From Octopus bimaculoides (Eukaryota): 64,000 nt of DNA. Below, piece by piece: positions 37,260-51,120 of the stretch. Both the position numbers and the translations under genes were made by a program. The stretch is from the NCBI RefSeq assembly GCF_001194135.2, contig NC_068981.1:71966137-72030136 (forward strand). The letters are read 5' to 3'. The notes below the pieces were generated by a model. It did not search any database. It saw only the letters and a list, made by a program, of their open reading frames with translations, and was not told the origin of the DNA. The stretch's first letter is position 1. Each line of letters starts with the position of its first letter.

Positions 37260-37534
37260 ATGTATATATATATGTATGTGTATATGTTTGCGTGTCTGTG
37301 TTTGTCTCCCCACCACCACCATCGCTTGACAACTGATGTTGATGCGTTTACATCCCTGTAACTTAGCAGTTTGACACAAGAGACCGATAGAATAAGTACT
37401 GGGCTTACAAAGAATAATTCCTGGGGTCAATGTGTTTGACTAAAGGCGGTGTTCCAGCATGGCCACAGTCAAATGACTGAAATGAATAACAGAATAACAG
37501 AATAAAAGAATATATATATATATATACATACATA

Positions 37535-38362
37535 CAGGGTGCGATGGGTAAATTGTCACCATTTTATACATTTAATGTTGCACATGCGCATTGTTTGTTT
37601 CTGATTTTGGTGAGAACACAGTATAGCAGGGTCAGTTGGGTACTATCTGTGAGAAAAACAGCACCATGACACAATTTATTCTGCCAGAAATTTGGAAATG
37701 ACATACTGTACTGCTTGGCATTCGCACCAGAAGCTCCAATATGAACATTTCAGAGTGTTTGGGTCAATCTAAGGACATGTACCAAGAGTAATAAAAATCA
37801 AACATCCAGTCTACATCATGGTATTTGGAGTGATCACTAGTGATGGTGGCATTATAACTCCATTTACCTTCCCACACGGCTTCAGACTCAACATAGAGGC
37901 CTACATCAAGTACCTGGAGGAGGTAGTGCTGCCCTGGGTGAAGAAGGTGGCTGCTGGAAAACTCTGCACCATGCTACACAAGCAGGAGGACCCAGTCATA
38001 GCTGCCAGATAATTTCTGCAACTACACTACCCCTAACATCTGGACACCTAACTCTCCAGACTGCAACCCTCTTGATTATTATGTGTGAGATACAGCTGAA
38101 CGAGAGACCAGCAAAACTCCTTGTAACATCAAAGATGAAGTGAAGGCAAGGATTATGGCAGCATTCACCAACTTAAACAAGGAGACCATTCAGAAGAGTT
38201 GCAGGAGATTCCGAAGTCATCTGGAGGCTGTGATTTTATTGAATGTATTTACTCTTTAGTATTTTAAGATATTTTATGTAATTTAGGTAAATATATCTGT
38301 TAAAATGAGATGTTATTTTCATTTTTGATTAATTTAGACAAAAGTTTTTTCACCACACCCTG
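37535..38362 (+). mobile_element. maT/DD37D internally deleted transposon, copy 2
   Basis: TA-CAGGGTGCGATGGG...CACACCCTG-TA. Same junction as copies 1 and 3. Inserted in the tail of a SINE-A 3' half (37290-37510). Confidence 0.9.
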
Positions 38363-38494
38363 TATATATATNNNNNNNNNNNNNNNNNNNNNNNNNNNNN
38401 NNNNNNNNNNNNNNNNNNNNNNNNNNNNNNNNNNNNNNNNNNNNNNNNNNNATATATATATATATATATATATACATGCATACATATATACATC

Positions 38495-39110
38495 CTTTTA
38501 TTCTTTCACTTGTTTCAGTCATTTGACTGCGACATTGCTGGAGCACTGCCTTTAGTTGAGCAAATTGGCCCCAGGACTTATTCTTTGTAAACCTAGTACT
38601 CATTCTATTGGTCACTTTTGCTGAACTGCTAAGTAATGGGAATGTAAACACACCAGCATCTGTTGTCAAGGGATGTTGGGGGGACAGACACAGATGACAC
38701 ACAAACATATACACATAAATACACACACACACACACACACACACAATATACATACATATATATCATCATCATCATCATCGTTTAACGTCCGCGTTCCATG
38801 CTAGCATGGGTTGGACGATTTGACTGAGAACTAGTGAAACCGGATGGCAACACCAGGCTCCAATCTAAATTTGGCAGAGTTTCTACAGCTGGATGCCCTT
38901 CCTAACGCCAACCACTCAGAGAGTGTAGTAGGTGCTTTTACGTGTCACCCGCACAAAGTGCAGTCAAGCGATACTATTTCCATCTTCCAAATCCATTCAC
39001 AAGGCTTTGGTCAGCCCGAGGCTATAGTAGAAGACACTTGCCCAAGATACCACACAGTATCACTGAACCCGGGACCATGTGGTTGGTAAGCAAGCTACTT
39101 ACCACACAGA
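38495..39110 (-). mobile_element. SINE-A split by an RTE tail (38763-38955) inserted in its internal microsatellite
   Basis: 3' half 38495-38705, CA/TA tract, RTE tail, then 5' half 38985-39110. Confidence 0.8.
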
Positions 39111-39464
39111 CACTCTTGCACCTACAGCCACTCCTGCACCATGCATATATATGTATATGCATCCACAAATACACATATACTCACATACACCCTAAAAAGT
39201 TTTATTCTTTTTTTTTTGTTGAAATCATTAAAAATATTAGGCATTGTGACAATGTTGTCTTTTCCTCAACACATAGGTATTCCATATAAGATTTATGATC
39301 TCATTACATTAAATATGTTAACATTAACTTAACTATGAATTTCATCTGCATGTGATTAATTTATATGATTGATTTACTTCAGCAAACAATTTTTGGGGGT
39401 CACCAATTGTAGAAAATGTGATTTAGCACTTTCTGGGTGCTTCACAATTCCATACATAATTCAT

Positions 39465-39854
39465 TGAAGGAAAAGACGAGGACAAGATCTCTCTGAATAA
39501 ATAACAATAATTTATTTCTCTGAATAAATGTTCCATCTCTGGTTAATGGTAGCCATGAACACCTTGGTGAAGAAGCGGCAGGGCTGGTAGTTAGGCACCA
39601 AAGCAATAAGGCATTATTACAGACCTGTGGTGCCGCTTGCCATTAAAGGTCCCATTCTTGATGGAGCTGCTCGAAGTTGCTTCCTGCCCGGTCAGAAGCC
39701 ATGATCGAAGAGAGTGAATGGTGGTGAACCCTAGCTGCTGCTGATGATTGTGCATGCGCATAAGGGGCTTCCGTCAGGTCTTCGGAAGGCTCTAATCCTT
39801 GCGTATGTGTAGATGAATGTTCCAGCATGACGTCTAGAACTATGCACCACTACA
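39465..39854 (-). mobile_element. candidate solo LTR (GC-richer island)
   Basis: Minus strand TGTAGTGG...AATAAA...TTCCTTCA, 390 bp. No matching TSD (TTCAT vs TTGTA). Confidence 0.4.
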
Positions 39855-41509
39855 TTGTAATAAATAATTCAAATTACTGCTTTGGAGAGCTAAAACACAT
39901 TGTATTATAAGATTTTCTTCCCAGGTTTAATTGCATAAAGAAAGGGTTAAATATTGTTACTTAAAAACTTGAAATCAAATCAGTTTTCTTATTAACTACA
40001 GACTATTACCTTTTTTTTTGTTAATTCATAAGCTTTGGTACACACCAAAGAAATAACAAGCATTAACAAGTTAGCAATTGTTAGTATAATGTTACAAAGC
40101 TAAATTCAGCATTTTCCATGTGTCTAAAGGTTAGCTAATAAAAACCTGGCCTGGCAAATTAATCATTGACATGAAACTACTTAATCTTTCTGAACGTATA
40201 AAAAATATTGTCATGAGATTAATGTACCATTATGCCTGAAAGTATGTTGAAGATAAGGGCTTATCAGGATTTATTACTCCTTCAGATATCTGGAGACACT
40301 GCAAAAATATTCTGCTTTGCAGATTTAAATAAAGTTACTTTGTTTTAATTTCTCGATTTTAGTTTTAAGAATGTAGTAGACAAGCCTCCAGTCCAAGATA
40401 ACAAGATTGTTTTGTTGTTGTTTTTCTTAACAATGTATGTACAGATTAAAAGGGTTATCCAGTAGATATTTGTAGTAATTTGACCATATGTAAGTAAAAG
40501 CCGGAATAGGCTTGGTAAAAGACAATTAAAGATCAGAAAAGTGAGACTGTAAATGATGTTGGATATTGAGAGAATGACAATAAAAGATGGGAAGAAACAA
40601 GAATATTTAACTGTAGCTAAAGTCATTCAGGTATTAATAGGAACAATGATATAATAACTAGCATTTACTTTAACCATTTGCTCAAAAACATACACAAAAA
40701 ATGCTTACAGATACAGAAGAACTTATGAAAAACGAAGTTTTTTCACCTTTCTGATAATGAGTATGTGTAACTAAAATGTCAGCAAAGCATTTAGATAATA
40801 AAACTGGGAAAGCAATTTTTACTTGTCTGATTGGAAAAGAGAATAGAAGATAAAGTATTTTTAAAACAGTGTATGGCTAGTCTTCTTACCTGAAACAAGT
40901 ACTCATTATAGGAATCATAATGTACTGTTATGAATGTAAAAGGCTGTGTTTGCAGAAACTAAGTGGACTAGCTTAATGACAAGCAAAAATAATTAACTAC
41001 CTGCAAACATAAAGAAAGTAAAATGATGAAAATTTGTTTGCAAGCCCTCACAGTAATTACTTCAAGGAGACCACTTGAAAGATTTAGGGTTATTTAAGGA
41101 AATAGCGATAACTTTTGTTATATGCTTGAAGGCTCTGCTGTCAGGAGTTTGTAATGTTCATGAGATATTTGAAAGGCAGTGCTGATATTAAGAAAGTTTA
41201 TCTAACATTAAGCTTCTCAAAAACTTGTGGCACATCACAAATGAAAAACATGAAATTAAAAGGATTATAATCATGTTATCAAACACTAACTTTAGCTACA
41301 TCCTTTTTGGCTGTTGTTCTTTTGATGATTACTTTTTAATTAATTACCTATCCAGCTATATGGTTTCTGATTCAGTCACACCATGTGGCACCTTGGGTAA
41401 GTATCTCCTGCTATAGTACCGGGCCGACCGAAGCCTTGTGATTGAATTTGGTAGGCGGAAGCTACTGCCGCGTGTGTATATGTCTGTGCATGTGCTTGTG
41501 CCTCTCTCC

Positions 41510-41650
<141 letters not shown>

Positions 41651-41774
41651 ACAGAGTGAGAGAGAAAATCATTTATAGTAATATAACAAGGATTTCAATA
41701 CAATGCTGAAATTAAATACTAAATTATTAAATGATTATGTAAATTAGAATAAACATTGAATCCCTATAACTAAG

Positions 41775-41980
41775 AATGGTTTCAAAATTTAGCACAAGGC
41801 CAGCAATTTCAGGATGCAGGGTTAGCCAGTTACATCAACCTCAGTATTTGACTGGTACTTTATTTAATCAATCCTGAAAGGATAAAAGGCAAAGCTGACA
41901 TTGGTAGGATTTGAACTCAGAGCCAGAAGAAATGCTGCAAAGCATTTTGCCTGAGACTAACAAATCTACCAGCTCACTGC
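41775..41980 (-). mobile_element. SINE-B copy
   Basis: GGTTTCAAAATTTAGCACAAGG...GAACTCAG...AGCTCAC. Confidence 0.8.
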
Positions 41981-42555
41981 CTTCTTTCGACTAATAATAG
42001 GGTTAATTACTGCATGGAAGGGATATTAGAGATTGAATTGATTTCAGTATCTCCCCCCCCCTCTCTTTCTCTCTCTCTTCACGTGCCATACCTATAGTCA
42101 TTGACGATCATGGGCTTCCATGTCAAAGTCTGAAGATTTGTGATTTTTCTTAAAACTACGGTTTCCCATTGCCTTCTGACAGTTTATTTAGTTTACTTTG
42201 TCACCTGCACTACTGAGCTTATCCAAGAAACACAGGCTTATTTAATCCTTAATCTGACTTCATGTGATATCAAGGTATGTCCTTACACCAGCCCACCTCC
42301 GAGTCTTGTAAGCCTTTTAGCCACAAAACCATGTTTTGCTACTTCATCCATAACTGAGACTCTTGGCAACACAAAGATTTTCAACCTGAGACAGAACAGT
42401 CCTGGGAGTAATGATAACTAGGAGATTTGAGCACAGAAGATAAAGAGAAGAAACCAAATATCCTTGTAATCTTTCAACTTCACTGTCATAATGTACAAAC
42501 ATATTTTTTTCCTTTTTGATTTCTTTTGACTAAGTACAAGATCTGCAGTAATATT

Positions 42556-42960
42556 GGTTTCAAAATTTGGCACAAGGTCAGCAATTTCTGAGAGGTGGGT
42601 AAGTCAATTACATTGACCCTAGTATTCAACTGGTACTTATTTTATCAACCCTGAAAGGATGAAAAGCAAAGTTGACCATGGCGGAGCCTGGCATGCTAAT
42701 GATTCAGCTCACCGCATTAAGATCTACAGTAATATTACTGGCTCTTAAGCAGTGAGCTGGCTGAATGGTTAGCACAATGGGCAAAATGCTAAGAGGCATT
42801 TTGCTTGTCTTTATATTCCGAGTTCAAATTCCACCAAAGTTGATTTTTCCTTTTGTCCTTTTGAGATTGATGAAAGAAGTACCAGTTGAGTACTAGGTTC
42901 GATGTAACCTATTAGGCCCCTCCCTGAAACTACTGGTCTTGTGCCAAAATTTGAAACTAA
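42556..42960. mobile_element. head-to-head SINE-B pair (- 42556-42718, + 42751-42960)
   Basis: The minus copy is bounded by an 18-bp TSD AAGATCT(G/A)CAGTAATATT at 42538-42555 and 42719-42736. Confidence 0.85.
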
Positions 42961-43059
42961 TTTTATTGGTTGTTTATTTATTGACTATAAAGTGGGGAAA
43001 TGTAAAGTAAACCTGTAGGGTTGATTTAAACCAATATTCTACTACTTTACTGTTTTAAC

Positions 43060-43424
43060 TGTAGGGATTGAAATACCGACTGAATATCTATTCAGTTGGG
43101 CATCACAAATGAGCCATCACAGTTTCATGTGATTGGTTCATAATTAAACCAATCAATATGAAGCTGTGGCATGATATGGATCCTTGGATGATCTAAAATT
43201 CTACCCCTTTTCAAACTATAAAAACTGTTTGGCACCTAACTCAGTCAGACAGCCTCGGTAAACTGTTAAGACAAGACAACCTCAGTCATTCATGTAGACT
43301 GTCTTGGGTACTCACAGAATAAAGACCACTAAAACCAGGCCACCTCAGGCACTCAGACAAACCAACTTGAGCAAGAAACAACTTTGGATATTCCCACAAG
43401 ATCTACCACAGCTAGCCTTCTACA
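43060..43424 (+). promoter_or_regulatory. LTR-like segment with CCAAT-TATA-Inr-polyA architecture
   Basis: Inverted CCAAT pair 43131-43154, TATAAAA at 43217, TCAGTC at 43241, AATAAA at 43318, TGTAG...CTACA termini. No TSD found. Confidence 0.45.
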
Positions 43425-43711
43425 AGACGTATAGCTGCTTTTTCTTCACAGTCAGTGGTTATATTATCAGTACTTTTCTTTTGTAAACAGCCAGTGCAGT
43501 GAATCAAGTCCCGCCATAAATATGTTAAAAGTTAAATGTTTATGAATTTGCTTCATTTATTATACATGCAGCCAGCTGGAGCATATGATGATGGTCACCA
43601 ACATTGCAACATACACCAATGTTGCAGCCTGGCCATAATGGTGTCCAATCTCCCTCATGACACATTACCAATTGTTAAGAAAAGAAAATGGCTTAAAAGT
43701 TCAGTTTTAGT

Positions 43712-44057
43712 TAGTTAGTTAGTTAACGGAACAGCCTGCTTGTGAAATTAATGTGCAAGTGGCTGAGCACTCCACAGACATGTGTACCCTTAACGTAGTT
43801 CTCGGGAATATTCAGCATGACACAGTGTGACAAGGCTGACCCTTTGAATTACAGGTACAACAGAAACAGGAAGTAAGAGTGAGAGAAAGTTGTGGTGAAA
43901 GAGTACAGCATGGTTCGCCACTATCCCCTGCCGGAGCCTCGTGGAGCTTTAGGTGTTTTTGCTCAATAAACACTCACAACGCCCGGTCTGGGAATCGAAA
44001 CCATGATCCTATGACCGCGAGTCTGCTGCCCTAACCACTGGGCCATTGCGCCTCCAC
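43712..44057 (-). mobile_element. young OR-like tRNA SINE
   Basis: 11-bp TSD TCAGTTTTAGT at 43701-43711 and 44058-44068. About 93% identical by eye to 51534-51922. Confidence 0.9.
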
Positions 44058-45033
44058 TCAGTTTTAGTATGTAGCAAAGAATCCACATACTGAATTACAA
44101 CACAACTTTCAAGTTATAAATAAAGTCTAGGAGATTAAACTTTGACTTTCTTCTCAGAAATTAAAGAAATTACTAATGTCAGGATGATTAACTAGCTTAA
44201 TCTATAACAAAAATTAGTCAAACATAATTTTCAAAAGCAGAGTTGATATTTCAAAACTTAAAAGTTTATTTTCACTTCCAGACAGCAATTTCAGATATTA
44301 AGGTTTCTTTTTTTTCTTCTTTCCTTTTAAAAATAAATCCATGGTGAAGAAACAGACCCCCAAAATAGAAAGTGCTGTGGAAATTATCTCAAAACAAAAT
44401 TTATAGGCATTAAAGTTTTTTTCCTTCTCTTGTAGTAGTATTTATAGAAGAACAAATATGAAGTAAACCCAAAACATTAAATTGTAGGCTTAGCTGTGAT
44501 TATTAATAGTGATAATGCAACTTAAATTACATTGAAACAGACAAACCTTTATTAACCAAGAAAGGCCAAAACACTGCAGTACTTCCTCATAGTAATAGTA
44601 ACACAGACATGTGTAAAGGCATTCAGATGCCGGTGATTGAGAGGAAATTAGATGTAATGGAAGCAGATTCTTGTGATTATTGAATGGGTGAAAAAAAGGG
44701 TTTAGCGAGAAATAGGAAAAGAGTGAGAGAGTAAGAAAAAGAGAGAAAGAAAGAGAGAGAGAACCATGGAGTTCAAAGTTAATAATCCAGCAAGCAATAA
44801 TATGGATGAAAGAAACAAAGATACAAAATTAAAATATCATTCTCCTGATAAGAAAAAGATAAAAAAGACTATTATTTGGTAATTTGTTATTTCTTATCTG
44901 CTCCAATAAATAACAAAAAGAACAGTCCTTTTATTCGCTACTGAAGGAATTAAGAAGTTTGCATGATAATGAATGAATAAAGATGAAGGCTTTTCAATTT
45001 ACTGTAGTGACATGAATGTTTTTGAAACTAAAT

Positions 45034-45269
45034 CAGTGTTTCACAACCATTTTTGTCCCATGCCACACTAAAAGGAAAAAAAAAAAAGAAAAAATCACAT
45101 GCTCCACCACGAATGGATAAAGTTAATATACAGCATATACATATTCAAAAGATTAAAACTTTAACCTAAAACTTTATTGCAAGCTTTATTAATTTGTTAC
45201 TTACTTACAGCCTGTTTTAAAGTCCTACACCCTACAAAAATATTGCCACACCTAACTTGAGAAATACTG
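45034..45269. mobile_element. hAT MITE
   Basis: CAGTGTTTCACAA / TTGAGAAATACTG ends, with 8-bp TSD-like AACTAAAT / GACTAAAG. Confidence 0.7.
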
Positions 45270-46094
45270 GACTAAAGCAATGAAAGAAATAAAAAAAAAT
45301 AAAAAAATCTACGAAATTTTAAATTCGAAATATAAAAGATTAAGTTCATTTATTTCAACTAATCATCTAAATTCTTCAAGGCTTAATTATTCAAAAAATG
45401 TTTATAAAAGAAATTTTTGGAGTTTTACATATATATCATATGGTTTTATAACACCATGCCTTATATAAATATGATGCTATAAAACACAGACTATCCTATA
45501 GCTTCTGTAACTAGCTTGGCTTTCTCAGGTTAAACAGGAAGTATATTAACTGCGAAGAGTAGTTAGCACAGAGCTGGTGTAGTCCTGACCAGTTAGCTAT
45601 TTAAATAAACAACATTCAGTGGGGAGCAAGGTGTGTTGTATGACATGTTGTCTTAACTATGCTTTAATCAGGTGATGAAATGGGTGAAGGCTGAGTAAAG
45701 ACTAGATTTGGAGATGAGAAACAGGTCTGAGAGTATTTGGAGATGTAATGTGATGGTTATGGATACAGATATATGAGCATACCTACAGGTGTAGACTAGC
45801 AAATAATATGTCCACATTGCTAGTAGATATGCTGGTGTGAAAGGAGTTGAGGAGCCAAAAGTTATTATATGACATGAAGGTACTTTAGGTGATGACTTTA
45901 AACGGAGAAGATGTTATCAAGGGAAAACAAAAGATAGCTGGACAATTTCTAAGGATTGATATTTAAATTGAGGTAGAGTCAGTAAATGAATTTAGAGGAA
46001 TAACAAAGTGAGAGTTTGAACCAAAGTAATTCTCAGAAGGTACCAACTGAAAATTACTGGTGTATAAATTTCCCACCTGGACATGATGCTGGTC

Positions 46095-46228
46095 TGTCAC
46101 AGGATTACTCATGTTTGCCAGTGAAGTGTTTTGTTCAAGAGCACAACACATCACCTGGTCCAGGAATCAAAACCACAATCTTACACTCATGAGTCCAACA
46201 CCCTAACCACTAAGCCACATGCCTCCAC
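46095..46228 (-). mobile_element. OR-like SINE head fragment
   Basis: GTGGAGGCATGTGGCTTAGTGGTTAGGGTGTTGGACTC...GGTTTTGATTCCTGG on the minus strand. Confidence 0.7.
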
Positions 46229-48198
46229 TAGTTCTCAGAAGGAAGTTAGTAACCATGGAGGGGCCTTTTTTAAGTTCTGTGTTTGGCAGGGAACAAGTCA
46301 CAAATTGGTGGGGTGAAAATATATGATTAGGTGTCAACTGACAGGGCATTGTATGTGATTTAGAACCTCTATCACTCTCTCTGACAGTGTTAAATATTAT
46401 GTATGGAAAGGTATAATGAAAGCAGCATGTCAAAAGATAATGATATTCTCAAACTGGGATCTGGTTCAAAAAGCAGTACAGTGAACCCCACTTAAGTAAA
46501 TTTCGTAAAGATACCTTATAAAGGAAATGATTATAACTTTGGTCATTTCCTCCATTTAACATTTGCTACTAATTTCTAGTTATAGTGGTTATAGTGAAAC
46601 TAGAGAAAACAAACATCTGTTAGTCATTTGCCAAAATAGCTAATCAACTCTTAGAAATATATCTAATAAATTTTCCTAATTAAAAAATTCTTGGCACTCA
46701 AAGAAGGAATATCTGAATTCTTCACGTTTGCATTTTTTTTTTTTTTTTTTTTGTCAGTTTGACATTAATTGTTGAAAAATTGATGTCAACTGTTGAGAAA
46801 CTATTGAAACAAGAATGAATTATTTTGCTTTCAAATTTAAATAAATATATAAATATTCTTTTTCTTTTTTTGTTAATCAGCTGAATTATATAATCAGTGG
46901 ATTAGTGATTATTTTTGATTTCAGAAAATAAAATTAAGGAATATACATATATTATATGAATAAAATGTTTTATGAAGACAATAATTTCCTTGTTGATTGT
47001 AAAAGCTATTCAGATTAACTTTTAAAATTTATTATTCTTATCTATAATAAATCTTGTTTAATGTTTAAGTAGCTTAAAATTGAAAAGTGATTCTTCACTC
47101 TTGGATTTTGGGTTAAAATTCTATGAAGTTTTACTTAAAGCTACATTCGCCATAATGTTACTCAGGTAATCACTTGTTTCTGGATTGCTTTTTACCATTT
47201 GTTATAGATTTACTGAAGGGAACATATTCTAGTAACTAAATAATACTTTTTATCAATCATGAGCAAAAGAAAAAGAAAACATAGATTCAGAGAAGAATGT
47301 ATAAAATTTGAATGTTGGAAAAATTTATTTGTTCATAATTAATATTTAATATGAAATTTTGAAATATAGATTTTAAATGATATGAATATTTGAATAAAAT
47401 AAGAAATAGCCTTTGAGTAATGCAGGTAAGAAACCAGGTAAAATATGTGAGGTGATGTCAGTTAAAGAAATCAAAGAGGACTTCAACAATAGGTTGCTTA
47501 ATGTTCCTTTAATATTTTGAGAAAGACGCCCCTTTTTTTAAATACAAGAAAGAAAATAATCAGAGTTTGGAGAAATGTACTGCTACAAACAGGTTATTTG
47601 TGCGTGTGTGTGTGAAAGTGTGGATGTGTACGTATATACATGTGTATATATATGTTATCATCATCATTTTTTGTTCACTTTCCATTGCTGAGATAATTCA
47701 ACAGGATTCAATGGTTTGAAGAGATATATTTTCTTCCAAGGTTTCATTTTCGGCATTGGTCTACAACTGAATGCCCTTCTTGACATTAACCACTTTACAG
47801 CACAAACTGGATGTATTTTTTCATGACATCAGCATTGTAGGGATTGCCTTGTCACCAGGAAGATTAAAAAGAGTCCTTCTAAGACCTGTGTATTTCTGTT
47901 TGAGTTAACTACCAATCACTTAGAATGTACGAGATGCTGTTAAGGTCATCTTGCAGCTTACAAAATGAAAGAAAGTACCTCATGATAGAAAGAACAGTGA
48001 GGAGCTGCTGAGAATATACCAGAGGAAACAGTGTTGGGGTCTGAATAGAGAAGTCAGATGTTAAATCTTGAGATCATTTGACCTCACGTCATCCCTAGTC
48101 TTTGTTGGACTCCTTCTTTCAAAGGCACCATGCAGCTTACATATACATATGTATGTGCATGTGTATATATACATATGTCTGTACACATATCCTATATA

Positions 48199-49085
48199 CA
48201 GAGTACAGTGAATAAACTGTCATCTAAATCATGCAAAAATGAAAATAACACTGACATCTTATTTCAACAGATATATTTACAAAAATTACATATAAATATC
48301 TTAAAATACTGAAGAGTAAATTTATTCTATAAAATCACCATTGGTTTCAACCATGGCCTCCACTTGACTTCAGAATCTCCTGTAACTCATTTGGACAGTA
48401 TCCTTGCTTAAGTTGATGAATGCTGCCATAATCCTTGCCTTCATTTCATCTTTGGTGTTACCAGGAGTTTTGTTGGTCTCTCACTCAACTGAGCCCCACA
48501 CATAATAATCAAGGCAGTTGCAGTCTGGTGAGTTAGGTGGCCAGATGTTAGGGGTGATGTGGTTGCAGAATTTGTCCAACAGCTATGACTGAGCTCTCCT
48601 GCTTGTGTAGCATGGTGCAGAGTCCTGTTGCCAGACATAGGGTGTTCCAGCAGCCACCCTCTTCACCCAGGGCAGTACTACCTCCTCCAGGCACTTGAGT
48701 CTGAGGTTGTGTGGGAAGATGAACAGAGGCATAGCATCGCCATCACTAGTAATCACTACAAACACCATGATGTTGACTGGATGTTTGATTTTTATCATGC
48801 TCAGTACATGTCCTCAGATTGCACTGTCCTCAGATTGCACTGTCCTCAGAGTGACACCCAAACACTCTGAAATGTTCATATTGGAGCTTCTGGCATGAAT
48901 GCCAAGCAATACAGCATGTTGTTTCCAAATTTCTGGCAGGGTGAACTGCATCATGGTGTTGTTTTTCTCACAGTCGGTGCCCAACTGACCCTACTATACT
49001 GTGTAGTGGACAAAATCAAAAACAAACAATGTGCATGCGTGAAATTAAAAGTATAAAATGGTGACAATTTACATATCGCACCCTG
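48199..49085 (-). mobile_element. maT/DD37D internally deleted transposon, copy 3
   Basis: YVWQQDSAPCYTSRRAQS*LLDKFCNHITPNIWPPNSPDCNCLDYY, with 37 residues between the D residues. TIRs CAGGGTGCGAT / CAGAGTACAGTG, TA flanks. Confidence 0.9.
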
Positions 49086-49154
49086 TATATATATATATAT
49101 ATGTATATATTTATATACACACCACACACAAATATATATACATATATATATATT

Positions 49155-49232
<78 letters not shown>

Positions 49233-49979
49233 TGTATATATACATAGATGTGAATGTATGTATGTATGTGTGTGTGTATGTGGTGTGTGTGTGTGTGTCG
49301 ATATATGGCTGTATGACAAAGAAGTTTGCTTCTCAATGATTATAAATTTAGATAATTCAGCAATTTTATTGAATAATCATTGCTGATGCAGACCAGCACT
49401 AGTTTTCTCAGAACCTGTTTTCTTTATTGTGTATATACTTTCTGTTATAAATACTCCTTTTGTTTTATGAACTACAGTCATCAATGAGACAATGACTGTC
49501 TTTATCATTTATTAATTTTTTTATTTCAAAGAAATCATTGTAAGCTTATTTAGTCATATGTAAATAGGTTTATAATTTGAATAATTATTTTTCATGTTAC
49601 TTGTGATATAATAAAAAAAACATGGCACAAAGCATTGTAGATGTAATGAAAATGCTTTCTCATGAAAAAGCAGATTTTAATGTAAATAATCCTGTTTTAA
49701 CATTAGTTTATTAAGCTCATTGATAATGTGTAGGACAGACTTCCTGCCACAGTTCTTGTACTTATCAATGATATATCTTATGTTTATATCTGATTTTGAC
49801 ATGTATTTCCTCTTTGTATACAATTCTTTGCTGCATAACAGAAAATATCTGGTGCCTTTGCCTTTTAGTTTTATGTTTTATTGTTTTGAAAATCGGATTA
49901 GCTGATAATTTTTTTATAAAAATGCATGTATGGAAATGATAATTAATGTAGTTTTTTTTTTTTTTTTTGATATTGCTGG

Positions 49980-50510
49980 ATTCCAACAGCTCCATAATGT
50001 GGATGGATGCCGACAGCTCTATAAAGGAGTGTCGTTCACTCAAAGTTTATAAAGGAGTGTCGTTCACTCAAAGTTCATGGAAGAGGGAGGTCCAGGAAGA
50101 CATGGGACAGAGTATGAAGGACAACCTCAGAATGCTGAACTTTTCAGATGAGATGACAAAGGACTGAGATACCTGGTGCATTTCTGTACTCAAGAAGACC
50201 CATCCTCCACAGCAGAAGTATTAAGACCACATCTCCTGGTGAAGAGGATTGGCCAGCAAGAGTCCTGTTCCAGTGTCACAAAAAGTACTTGTAATAGTGT
50301 CTGGCACTGGCACAAGTACTTGTGCCAGTGCCATGTTAAAAGTACTCAGCACATACTGTAGAATGGTTGGCATTAGAAAGAGGATCCAGCAATAGAAACC
50401 AAGGCAAATCAGAATGGAACCTGGTGCAGCTTTCCAGCTTCCCGGCTTTGGTTAAACTGTCCAACCCATCCCAGCATGGAAAACGGACATTAGAGGATGA
50501 TGATGGTGAT
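49980..50510 (+). mobile_element. RTE LINE 3' fragment with a perfect 28-bp tandem duplication (50020-50075)
   Basis: KECRSLKV...GRSRKTWD...DNLRMLNFSDEMTKD, followed by an RTE tail and (GAT)n. Confidence 0.7.
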
Positions 50511-50544
50511 GTTGTTATTTCAAATTTATATATATATGTGTGTG

Positions 50545-51120
50545 TGTTTGTGTGTCTGTGTTTATCCCCCGTCCCCAACCATTGCTTGACAACCGATGCT
50601 GGTGTGTTTACATCACCGTAACTTAGCGGTTCGGCAAAAGAGACCAATAGAATAAGTACTAGGCTTACAAAGAATAAGTCCTGGGGCCTATTTGCTCGAC
50701 TAAAAGCGGTGCTCCAGCATGGCCACAGTCAAATGACTGAAACAAGTAAAAGAGTAAAGAGTATATATAAATGATTCAGTTGATTGTTGTTCTTTAGCTG
50801 AGTAATTTCTTTCAGTTAAATCTGGTTTAACTGAGAAAATTTAATTAAAAAAAATTCTGAATCATTACAACACCTACAGTATACAACAATAATTTATTAT
50901 TTCTAATAAAGGAGATAAGTTTGCAGAATTCTTACTGTACTATACAAAAATACTTATTGGTGTTTCATCTGATTCATTGTGTTCTGAGTTCAAATTCCGT
51001 CAAGGTTGACTTTGCCTTTCAACCTTTCAGGATTGAAAAATAAGCACCAGTTGAAGTCGATCTAATTGACAAATACCCTCCTCCAAAAATTTCAGGCTTT
51101 GTACTTATAGTAGAAAGTTT
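50545..51120 (+). mobile_element. SINE-A 3' half (50545-50765) and SINE-B (50915-51120)
   Basis: Family motifs. Confidence 0.75.

Noticed and set aside
40345-41005. Hydrophobic 93-aa minus ORF and a nearby AG...GTAAGA pseudo-exon (about 40893-41003)
   Set aside because: Hydrophobicity is expected from T-rich sequence, and the putative exon has stops in all three frames.
43560-43680. Short minus frame REIGHHYGQAATLVYVAMLVTIIICSSWLHV resembling a TM helix
   Set aside because: Only about 33 codons, with no convincing splice sites.
43980-44057. tRNA-like heads of OR-like, SINE-A and SINE-B copies as tRNA genes
   Set aside because: They continue into shared SINE bodies, have tails and TSDs, and lack complete cloverleaves.
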